A DNA stretch of 40,058 bases from Shigella phage VB_Ship_A7. Under the pieces are notes generated by a model that was given only the letters and a program-made list of their open reading frames with translations, had not been told where the DNA came from and did no database searches. Where the stretch lies: the sequence record MK685668. One strand, written 5' to 3'. The position numbers and the translations under genes were made by a program. Positions 1 to 8,600 of this stretch are shown piece by piece (positions within the stretch are counted from its first letter, which is position 1; the number at the start of each line of letters is the position of its first letter).

Positions 1-177
1 TAGAGACACAGAGACACTAAGTTATCCACAGAGTTACCCACAGTTTCACCTAAAGTTATCCACAGAGCCTCTAACCTAGAGTTATCCACAAGTTACTCAC
101 AGAGTTATCCATAGGTTATCCCCAAGTTATCCACAGAGTTACCCACAGGGGGAAACCACTTTGTATTAACTATGAGA
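1..177. repeat. Direct terminal repeat, left copy
   Basis: Bases 1-177 are identical to 39882-40058; T7-type genomes are linear with direct terminal repeats. Contains repeated TTATCCACA-type 9-mers. Confidence 0.9.
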
Positions 178-413
178 TACCCACTCAGATTTTTCTGTAG
201 GATTCTTAAAGGGGGGGTACATCAAGTCTCTCATAAGGTTAACCACAGAGGCTCTATCATAAGGTCAGACCCTGTGAGTGACCCTAAGAGACCCTGTAGA
301 CCATTAAGGAATACATAAGGCTACCTCTTAGAGTTGACTTCTTACAGTGATTATAGGGAAGATGTATATCGACCATAATCACTAAGAGCGCGCACTAAGC
401 GCCAATGAGCAGT

Positions 414-569
414 CTAAGGAACACAAGTGAGTAGAGAACAAAGCAGAGTCTCCAGTTCACCGATGTGTTCAACACTAGATGCGAGACCAATGGAAGCAGC
501 AAGTACAACGAGAAATTTGTAGGTCACTCGATGCGTTGCTAGTGTCTTAAGCACGGATAGTAATCGCAT
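414..569 (-). CDS. Small protein at the T7 gene 19.5 position (51 aa, hand-translated MRLLSVLKTLATHRV...)
   Basis: ATG at 569-567 with GGAGG 7 nt upstream, stop TAG at 416-414; lies between the phiOR-type promoter and the terminal repeat, as T7 gene 19.5 (49 aa) does. Below the ORF-track size cutoff. Confidence 0.45.
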   Translation of the reverse strand: MRLLSVLKTLATHRVTYKFLVVLAASIGLASSVEHIGELETLLCSLLTCVP

Positions 570-737
570 AGAGCGTCCTCCTTGTTATACTTGATGGTTA
601 CACTGATAGTTAGGGATGTAATTACTATTACCATCATCCCTCACTGTAAGGGTCTCTAAGAGTAGACTTTAAGTAGTCACTAAGTATGCACTTTGCATAT
701 GCAGTCTTTAAGTGTCTTTAAGTTGTCTTAGGGGGCC

Positions 738-760
738 CTTCCCAATAGTGAGTCGTATTA
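738..760 (-). promoter_or_regulatory. T7-type phage RNAP promoter (phiOR position, downstream of terminase gene)
   Basis: Minus strand reads TAATACGACTCACTATTGGGAAG, a near-perfect match to the T7 promoter TAATACGACTCACTATAGGGAGA. Confidence 0.8.
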
Positions 761-847
761 ATTTCCTCATGTATATCAGTAAGTTACTTAACGGTAACGT
801 AGCGGTACTAAGTGCTTACCTATGCACCTTTCCCGCATACTTATCTA

Positions 848-2608
848 TTACCACTCAATGAAGCAGCTAGAGTCTCCGTCGTCCTCGTAGTAGATGTCCA
901 CGCCACCAACATCGTAGCTATGGATAGCATCACCACCAACGGTCTGTTTCTCCATGTGGTGTTCAAGGAACTCAAGGGTCATCTCTTCTTCACCTACACG
1001 GCTGTCCACAAGCATCCCTTCACGCAGGAACTCGATACCCAATGCGATAGCATCAAGTCGGTCATCGTGTGCCACAGCGCCTCGCTCACGGGTCATACGG
1101 GTCATCTGATAGAACGCACTGTAGCGAACATCATGTTTCCCATCAAGGTCACGAGCAGTCTGGTAGTCCTCACGGATAACCTCATCACGAATGACCAGCT
1201 TGTGTGCACCCATCAACGGTTCGATAGTATCGCAGATTCGCATCTCCTTCATGCCTTTAGCACGGATTTCCTCTAAGGCACACTTGTGATGCTTCAGGAG
1301 AATCGGAGAGAAAATCTTACCGAACATACCGTCACCGAAGTTGGACTCGTGAACGACTGTCTGTACCTTCCACTGCTTGGCCTTCTTAGCGAGCTTCTCT
1401 AAGGTAGCATCATCGTAACCACCACGGAACCCACCGACTTCCATCAAGTAGATATAACCGTTAAGTGAGTAGAGGACTGCGTACCCGGTCTCATCCTTAC
1501 CACGACCACTTGGGTCAATGACCAGAATCTTAGACTGATACTCAGCGGTACGAGAAGAGCACGTATGGAACGCATGGATGTCATCACCCTTCAGACCAAC
1601 GTTAGGGAGTTCCTCATTGCGGTTCTGACGGTTCGGCAACCACTGGTAAGACAATGGGGCACGTTCAGGGTCCACAGCGCACACGATAGCGTCACGGAGC
1701 CGTAGCGGGTACTTCTCGGCATCACTAAGGTTCGGGTTAAGCATGAACTGAAGCGTGTAGCCAGCTTTACCGTATTCGAGTTCACGTTCACGGAGGTCAT
1801 CCATATCGAATCGAATAGGGTCAGTAGGTTGACCACGAAGTAACTCAAAGCCCTCATCGTATTCAGCCTTAAGCATCGGAGCCAAGCGGTCCCCATAGTA
1901 GAGAGCCTCAGCATCATTACGTGGATACTGTGCAGGCCAGATTACAGTGCTATACCCTTTGTTATCTTCAAGTTCCTTATAGAGCGTCATCTCGGTTTGA
2001 GGTGTCCCAAGGTAGATAACACGAGAGGTAGGCAGTGGCTTAAGTAACGCAGCAAACTCAGTTACCAACGTCCAGAGCTTCTCACGGGCAGAACTCGTAG
2101 AGCTATTACCGGGAACCTCAACGTCATCTGCGATGATGATGTCAGCACGGCTACCAGTCAACTGACCAGTGATACCTACAGACTTCACAGAGGGTGAGTG
2201 GTCTGGTTTAGCCAATCCAACGTCGAAGCTAATCACGGAGTCACGCTGTCCCGGTCGAGGTTTCAACTCAGCGAGGAATGGCAGCAGGTCAATGATGTTC
2301 TTGATGAAGATGGAGTTAGCATCAGCACGTTCCTTAGAGGCAGACACGATGAGCACCTTAAGTTGAGGGTCACGCCATAAGACCCACACAACGAACGCAC
2401 AGGTGATAAAGGACTTGCCGATACCACGGAACGCCTGAAGGATAAACTTCTTGTGGTCGCCGTTAGCGAGTGTACGTGCCATGTCAATCTGACACTTGGT
2501 TGGTTTAGGTAAGTTCAGAGCCTTCCATAAGACGAACAGGAAGGCCACGAAGTCACCCTTAAGTTGCGCAATGATTAACGCATTCTTAACTTCTTGGGAT
2601 TGTGACAT
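848..2608 (-). CDS. 19: Terminase large subunit (DNA packaging ATPase/nuclease)
   Basis: 586-aa ORF, same length as T7 gp19; ATG at 2608 with SD; last structural gene before the terminal repeat in T7 synteny. Confidence 0.95.
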   Translation of the reverse strand: MSQSQEVKNALIIAQLKGDFVAFLFVLWKALNLPKPTKCQIDMARTLANGDHKKFILQAFRGIGKSFITCAFVVWVLWRDPQLKVLIVSASKERADANSIFIKNIIDLLPFLAELKPRPGQRDSVISFDVGLAKPDHSPSVKSVGITGQLTGSRADIIIADDVEVPGNSSTSSAREKLWTLVTEFAALLKPLPTSRVIYLGTPQTEMTLYKELEDNKGYSTVIWPAQYPRNDAEALYYGDRLAPMLKAEYDEGFELLRGQPTDPIRFDMDDLRERELEYGKAGYTLQFMLNPNLSDAEKYPLRLRDAIVCAVDPERAPLSYQWLPNRQNRNEELPNVGLKGDDIHAFHTCSSRTAEYQSKILVIDPSGRGKDETGYAVLYSLNGYIYLMEVGGFRGGYDDATLEKLAKKAKQWKVQTVVHESNFGDGMFGKIFSPILLKHHKCALEEIRAKGMKEMRICDTIEPLMGAHKLVIRDEVIREDYQTARDLDGKHDVRYSAFYQMTRMTRERGAVAHDDRLDAIALGIEFLREGMLVDSRVGEEEMTLEFLEHHMEKQTVGGDAIHSYDVGGVDIYYEDDGDSSCFIEW

Positions 2609-3054
2609 TACTTAGCCTCCTTCTTAGTTTGCATTTCTTTGATTGTATCTTGGAGTGCACGAATCCACGCATCCCCTCTTTGAGTTACTCCGATAAGACG
2701 CTTACTAAACTCTTCGTCAAGTTCGGCTCGACCATCAACGAGGCATCCACCGTTATCTTGGAGTTCTCGTGTGGTGGCTGATAGTTTGACGCGCAAGCGC
2801 TTACCATCGTTACGCAAATCATTAATGACCCTATCAGTGCTGCCTTCCAGCGCCGCAAGGTCTTCTTGGTATTGTCGTGAGATTTCGTTGACAGCAGCCT
2901 GTTTATTCGCAGTCGCCTCAGTTTGCTTGATGTACTCATTGTGCACCTCCTGTTCCCATTTAGTGTTAGCTTTGTCATATCCGTGGTTATACGCAAGGGT
3001 AATCCCCAAGGCAAACGCAGCGATTATGGCGTAGCTCTTTAAATTCTTGAGCAT
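2608..3054 (-). CDS. 18.5: i-spanin (Rz-like, T7 gp18.5 homolog)
   Basis: 148 aa; N-terminal hydrophobic anchor ([14 protein letters not shown]) followed by a charged coiled-coil region; sits between small terminase and large terminase as in T7. Confidence 0.8.
   Translation of the reverse strand: MLKNLKSYAIIAAFALGITLAYNHGYDKANTKWEQEVHNEYIKQTEATANKQAAVNEISRQYQEDLAALEGSTDRVINDLRNDGKRLRVKLSATTRELQDNGGCLVDGRAELDEEFSKRLIGVTQRGDAWIRALQDTIKEMQTKKEAK
2685..2939 (-). CDS. 18.7: o-spanin (Rz1-like lipoprotein, T7 gp18.7 position) nested in a different frame inside the i-spanin gene
   Basis: Embedded ORF in another frame; ATG at 2939 gives about 84 aa (T7 gp18.7 is 83 aa); contains a hydrophobic stretch ending in lipobox-like VSAC. 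Start codon choice is uncertain. Confidence 0.55.
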   Translation of the reverse strand: MSTSSKLRRLRINRLLSTKSHDNTKKTLRRWKAALIGSLMICVTMVSACASNYQPPHENSKITVDASLMVEPNLTKSLVSVLSE

Positions 3055-3152
3055 AACTACCCTCCCATATTTTCAGATTTCACGTAGCGTTACCGTGAGT
3101 TGTGTTGAAATATCATAAAGACCACTAGATGTAGCGGCCTTGAGTTATTCTA

Positions 3153-3419
3153 TCAATTCAGTGTGTACTTCTCATCTTCAGTGAGACCGTCCGCGCCCAC
3201 TAGGTTCTGGTACTCTTCGAGTCCATCTGCCAGTCCACCAAGGATGTTACGGTCTGGCTGTAACTTGGAGACTTGGAACTTGTGGCGCTCTAACAGTTTC
3301 CCGATAGCGTTGTACAGTTGAGGTGTGCGCTTATCGTCATCCTGAAGGTCTTTCAGCATACGTTGAGCCATCTCAGTGTCCAGCATCTCAAGGAATTGAA
3401 TTAAGGACTTATCAGACAT
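3153..3419 (-). CDS. 18: Terminase small subunit / DNA maturation protein
   Basis: 88 aa beginning MSDKSLIQFLEMLD, matching recalled T7 gp18 (89 aa); synteny. Confidence 0.9.
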   Translation of the reverse strand: MSDKSLIQFLEMLDTEMAQRMLKDLQDDDKRTPQLYNAIGKLLERHKFQVSKLQPDRNILGGLADGLEEYQNLVGADGLTEDEKYTLN

Positions 3420-3618
3420 CTTTACCCTCCTTCTTCCATTTGATAATCACATCGACTACCTTGGCACCAATTTGAGCCACTGTGTAGGCAATTGCGGCTA
3501 CATAGAACCACTCGTTAAGTGACAGTCCCCAAAAGAGACGAGCCACACCATCCGCTCCAGCCACACCAGCAATTGGTGCAGCCTTTACTACCTCGTTGTT
3601 GAAATCTAAAGACAACAT
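3412..3618 (-). CDS. 17.5: Class II holin (T7 gp17.5 homolog)
   Basis: Internal ATG at 3618 preceded by AAGGAGG gives 68 aa starting MLSLDFNNE (T7 gp17.5 is 67 aa); hydrophobic core WFYVAAIAYTVAQIGA; the ORF-track N-terminal extension was rejected. Confidence 0.8.
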   Translation of the reverse strand: MLSLDFNNEVVKAAPIAGVAGADGVARLFWGLSLNEWFYVAAIAYTVAQIGAKVVDVIIKWKKEGKDV

Positions 3619-3674
3619 TGTGTCCTCCTTATTGTTGAGACCATCCGTGGTCAAATTTATCAGCAGCAGCAGTG

Positions 3675-5540
3675 TTACTCCTTGTCTTTCTCCAACTCCT
3701 GAATGCGTGCATCTAGGTTCTTCACAAGCAGCATCAATCCACCGATAATCTGGTTAGGGTCTGGAGACTGCATCCCATCGCTCATAACGTCAACCGCTTC
3801 CGGCCACAGGCGGATTAAGTCCTGTGTGATGAATCCTGCACGAGAACGCTTACCGACTGTCTTAACGGAGCGCCCATGGTTATCAGTCCAAGTTTTGTCC
3901 TTGTACTTATAGGATACCGGAATGTAGGACCGGATGATGTTGAGCATATCGTCTGCATCGCGAACAACCTTGAGGTCCTCTTTCAGACGCCTATCAGACG
4001 AAAACCAGCGGAATCCTACTGCCGAACCATCAACGGTCCCTTCTATGTAGTCCCCACCACGGCCTGTGTAGAGTTGGACCCCTCCAGGCGGCTTGGCGAA
4101 CTGGTACTTATTGTGTAGGAAGTTATACAGGTCCCCACCATAATTGTCCCACAGTCCTCCACGTAAGTTCCCTTCATAGTTAAAATGACACCTACCCATT
4201 CCTGAATAAATGATCTGACCGATTATGTTGTTTCCGGCCTCAATCCTCGCACCATTTTCACCTTGGAAGTGTCTGGCATGGACCTCACCGTTACCAGTGA
4301 ACGTAACGCGTCCTAGCTCGGCAGTGTTCCCAGAGTTTACAGTACGAAAAACAAAACCACCGTCACCTAAACCCTTGTTGCATATGAAGTTCGCTTCGCC
4401 ACTGGATTGCTCGTTCCAAGCAAAATGTAAACCTTGTAGTCCGATGTGCATTGGGCTGTTCTTAATATGAAGTCGCCACATTGAGTTATAAGCATTCCCA
4501 TTAGACTGTTGCCGTAAGCCTCCATTGGCTACCACGATTCCATCGACCAAAATATCCTTCTGTGCCTGTATGTCTCCACCAACAACCAACAAATCACCGA
4601 TGCTCACCCCTTTATCAAATTGACCAGCACCAGTGGAGGTTATGCCACCTCCTACGATGTTTCCGGGCGTTGCAATATTACCTTTAAATGCTACGTGATT
4701 CCCATCAACCGAATCTAAGGCACCAGCAAAGTCATTCATGCTTTCTAACTTGTCAGCCTCTACAATTGCACGGTCGCGTGCCTCTTCTGCCTTGATTCGT
4801 GACTGACGAGCAGCCTCATTATGTGCAGCCGCCTGTCCCTCGGAGGTTAGTGCATCACTAGCAGAGGACGCAGCGTTACTCTCAGCGCTAATAGCACGGT
4901 CGCGTGCAGCCTCAGAACTGACAGCAGCACTTTCAGAGCGGATACCATATTGCTCAGAATGAACTGCGAAATTGTTAGCTTTAGTTGCTTCCTGTTGAGC
5001 ACGGTCAGCTTCACTCTTGGCACGGTCAGCTTCTGTACGTGCCTTAACGTAGGACTGATATGCCCCATCGTTCCACTGCTTGACTGTGCGCAAGTTTAGA
5101 GCATCATACTCACCAACCGGGTCAGCCACGTTAACAATACGGCGACCACGAGCATCTAAGTGCCCATCATTATTGACACCAATAGTATCAGCAGTAAGGT
5201 CGCGTGCTTCCTCGGCAACGTGAAGCGTTTGAATCTGTGAAATGTTCAGGTCATATGCGCGAAGGATTGAGCCATCAGCAAAGTCAACCAGACGGTCACT
5301 CGCAGAGGTAAAGCGGCGAATCTCAATCATCTGGTAACCATCAGCATCGGTCCACGCACGGGACGTTGTAATTTGAGTCTTAGTGGTAAAGCGATAGTCC
5401 TGATTAAGAACAAGTTCCTTACGGTCTTTACCAATTAGTGTTACTTTTACGAACTTACGTGCCAGATACTCAAAGGTAATTGTGAAGTCCACGGCACCAT
5501 TAAGTGGGTAAGTACGCACAGTGGAAATTTTGTTAGCCAT
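3675..5540 (-). CDS. 17: Tail fibre protein: conserved N-terminal tail-attachment domain, divergent distal region, C-terminal intramolecular-chaperone-like domain
   Basis: 621 aa; the first ~150 aa (MANKISTVRTYPLNG...GVNNDGHLDARGRRIVN) match the T7 gp17 N-terminus; the C-terminal ~107 aa begin SSDRRLKEDL, the signature of self-cleaving chaperone (peptidase S74-like) domains. Confidence 0.9.
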   Translation of the reverse strand: MANKISTVRTYPLNGAVDFTITFEYLARKFVKVTLIGKDRKELVLNQDYRFTTKTQITTSRAWTDADGYQMIEIRRFTSASDRLVDFADGSILRAYDLNISQIQTLHVAEEARDLTADTIGVNNDGHLDARGRRIVNVADPVGEYDALNLRTVKQWNDGAYQSYVKARTEADRAKSEADRAQQEATKANNFAVHSEQYGIRSESAAVSSEAARDRAISAESNAASSASDALTSEGQAAAHNEAARQSRIKAEEARDRAIVEADKLESMNDFAGALDSVDGNHVAFKGNIATPGNIVGGGITSTGAGQFDKGVSIGDLLVVGGDIQAQKDILVDGIVVANGGLRQQSNGNAYNSMWRLHIKNSPMHIGLQGLHFAWNEQSSGEANFICNKGLGDGGFVFRTVNSGNTAELGRVTFTGNGEVHARHFQGENGARIEAGNNIIGQIIYSGMGRCHFNYEGNLRGGLWDNYGGDLYNFLHNKYQFAKPPGGVQLYTGRGGDYIEGTVDGSAVGFRWFSSDRRLKEDLKVVRDADDMLNIIRSYIPVSYKYKDKTWTDNHGRSVKTVGKRSRAGFITQDLIRLWPEAVDVMSDGMQSPDPNQIIGGLMLLVKNLDARIQELEKDKE

Positions 5541-5587
5541 CTGTAGCCTCCTTTAGATTAGGTATAATAAAGGGAAGCTGTGAGAGC

Positions 5588-5610
5588 CTTCCCAATAGTG
5601 AGTCGTATTG
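5588..5610 (-). promoter_or_regulatory. T7-type phage promoter (phi17 position)
   Basis: Minus strand reads CAATACGACTCACTATTGGGAAG, immediately upstream of the tail fibre gene. Confidence 0.8.
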
Positions 5611-5611
5611 A

Positions 5612-8600
5612 TTACTTCTTGTCAGACTTGAGGTGAACACCATTGGCCTCATAGAACTTGATGAGCATCTGTTGGGAGATTGGGTCGTTAGGAATCATCT
5701 CTCGGTGGGCGTTCATTAAGCCAGTCATCATCTCACGCTCGGTCACTTTGTTTGGAGCCGTAAGGACACCATAAGCATTTCGACCAGCAGCAAGGGTAGC
5801 ACCAGCGAACCCAAGAGCAGGAACCTGTTCACCAATAGCGCCCATAATGGAATCACCCATGTCACGAGAAGTTACCGCCTTGTTCCGTTCTTTCTTATCC
5901 TCTCCTTTAGGGAGAATCGTAGAGCGGACCATGAGACCTTGGTCGTAACCAGCAGCACCCATAGCGAAGTTTGCGATACTCAGAGGCGACCCAAGGTGTG
6001 AACTTCGGGAAGCCGCAGCGTAGGCAATCATCTTAGGGTCCAGAGCTTTCTTCAGGTAGTCCTTCTGTTGCTCTTTAGGAAGACCAGCAGCCTTCAAGTG
6101 GGCCTGTGCCACATAGTAGGAGCCAGCGATACCACCAGAGATTGCATAGGTCAGCGCCATATCCATAGCACGATGGTTCTTAAAGGCTTCGTGACCGGAG
6201 CGGATAAACTTAGAGTTCATCGACTTGATTACGAAAGACTTGAACTGAAGGACCAACTTAGCGGCAGCACCAAACGCATGGGAATCCTGAAGTGAAACCT
6301 TGTTAGGTCTCAGCATTGTCTCATCAGCAACCTTATCAGCCAGTCGCCACAGGTCCATAGCTCGCGGGTCATTAGCCAGCTTACGCTTGTCCTTGAAGGT
6401 GTACTTGCCGTCAGCACCTTGAGTGACGTTCTCACGGATGAGGTTCTGAATGCCTTCCCACTGTTCCTTTGAGATACTCGCAGATTTCAGCATGTCGCCT
6501 TTAATCCACTTGTTGGCACCCTTACCAGTAATGGCATGAGTTACCACATCTCCCATGACACCCTGACGGGCCATATCCAGAATGTAGTTGGAAGTACCGT
6601 TGAGGAACTTAGTGAACGGAGAGCGAGCAGCCAACTCTTGAGTGGTGTGCTTAACCGTACCAACAACCTTAGCGACAGCATCAGGTGTATCAGTAGACTC
6701 ACGGAGTCGCTGAATGATGTCTTGACGAGTCGGTCGGATTAACTGGTCGAACTCTTTACCAAACACCATAGAGTGGAGTTCTTTGAGTTCACTACCAGAG
6801 ACTGGCTTGTTACGGAACGCTAGGTCACGCAGAGCGGGAATGCCATGCAGCATCGCACGGGTGTTACCCTTCGACAATAGACCAGCGATTTCAGTTAGGT
6901 TCTGCAAGCCCATATATGCGTTCTTCGTAAAGAAGGACATATCGGATAGAGAGCGAACCATAGTGTCACCTACGGTATCCTGATTGCGTCGAGCACGACC
7001 AGTGACAATCTTAACGAAATCCTTAAGTGCTTCCACTTCACCTTTCATTGTGCCTTTACCTTCAGACTTCTTATCAAGAGCCATAATAGCGTCCTTGAGT
7101 TCAGCAGTAGTCTTGCCTGTGCCTCCCATGATAGCAATATCACCATCAACACGGCGGTCATATGCTGGCATCACATGCTTCATATCGAAGTCACGAAGGT
7201 CATTCACAGAGAACTGTTGACCATTCGGTAGAGTGATTGGCACGTCAGAATCAAACAGGTTACGGGCTTCAAGGAATGAGTTGTTCTCAATCCCAACGAG
7301 ACCCTCAATGTTATCGTCAATGACACTTGAAGAGTTGAACTCATCGGTCTTCGCAATACCATAAGCCTTGTCCATAGCGTACTTCTCAGCCATCTGACTA
7401 AGCATAGCCTCTTCGTCTACCTTTGGTTCCACCTTCTCGTCTGTGCCAAACTTCTGGCGCTCTGAAGGTTTAGCCGGGGTGGAGTCGTAGGCTTTACGGA
7501 ATGCTTGACCATCGGGGGTACGCACGCCACCAACTGATTCGTCTGTTCCACGGTACACGTAGTCAGGACTCTCAGTCTCAGCGATTCGGTACATCTCGGT
7601 AGCGATGCCTTTGCGGCGGTACTTCTCGGACACCTCAAGACTTGGATTATGCCACACGTCTCCCTCACGTTTAGCGAACTCTACGCTGCCAATGTGGTCT
7701 CCCTTTTTGGTGAACACATCCACCGCGAACTCAGCACCATCAGTTGTCTTAGCTGTGTAGTAGACAAAATCACCATCCACCTTGTAAGGAGTCTCACCAG
7801 AGTAGTCTCGCTTACCAGCGAAGTAATCACCTTGGAGTTCGCCATTAGAGACCTTAGTGATGCTAGTTGAGTTACCACCAGTCACCAGTGAGTCAGGCAT
7901 TACCGGAGCAGCCTCAGCACCTCTCAGGAAGTTCTCAGCTTCAGCTTGTGCACCTTTGGCAGTAGAGGCGGCTTCTTCAGCTTCGGCGGTGGCTTTGGTG
8001 ATTCTATCTTGGACCTTAGCAGCCTGTCCTTTCATGTGGTCGAGACGCTCTGTGTTAATACGGACGTGAGACTTCTGGGTCTCAATCATCTTCTTCCGGC
8101 TCTCAATCTTAACAGGAATGGTTTTGCTATTAGGTTTAGCAGCTAGTTTTTCTTCCAACTCCTTCAACTTAGCCTCATGCGAAGCCAGTCTGTCCTTGGA
8201 GTTCTGGAGTTTCCTTTCACGGTCCGCAACTCGCTTCTCAGCGTTGGTCAGAACGTCTTTTAGTTCCGCTACCTTATCACTTGCCCGTGTAGCTGCATCG
8301 TCCAGTTTCATCCGGTAACTGGCTGTGTCTACAGACTCTTGGCTTCTGAGGAAGTTCTCAGTGTCAGCCGCAAGTTTGGCATCAGCTTCAGCTTTGGAGA
8401 AAACGTCACTGTTAACCTGTTTAAGGTATTCATCAATACGGGCCTTGACTTCAGGACGCGCATGATATGATGCCATCAGGCTTGCAGCAACTGCTTCCTG
8501 TAAACCATCAGTGCCCCCAAGAGCCTGTGAGTACACCTGCTTGGCTTCCCGCGAGTACACATGAGGAACGTAAGTCCCTTTGTGACGACTGTTAGGGAAG

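Noticed and set aside
812-1276. 154-aa plus-strand ORF antisense to the terminase large subunit gene
   Set aside because: Entirely inside a strongly supported minus-strand gene; no expression signals. The other plus-strand track ORFs (for example 8865-9401, 10750-11130, 21525-21965, 26611-26967) were rejected for the same reason.
3675-5540. Tail fibre as an enzymatic tailspike (for example an endosialidase)
   Set aside because: The C-terminal chaperone-like domain also occurs in such enzymes, but the protein is only 621 aa with a Gly/Asn-rich distal region and no recognisable catalytic module, so a fibre with a chaperone domain is the more economical call.
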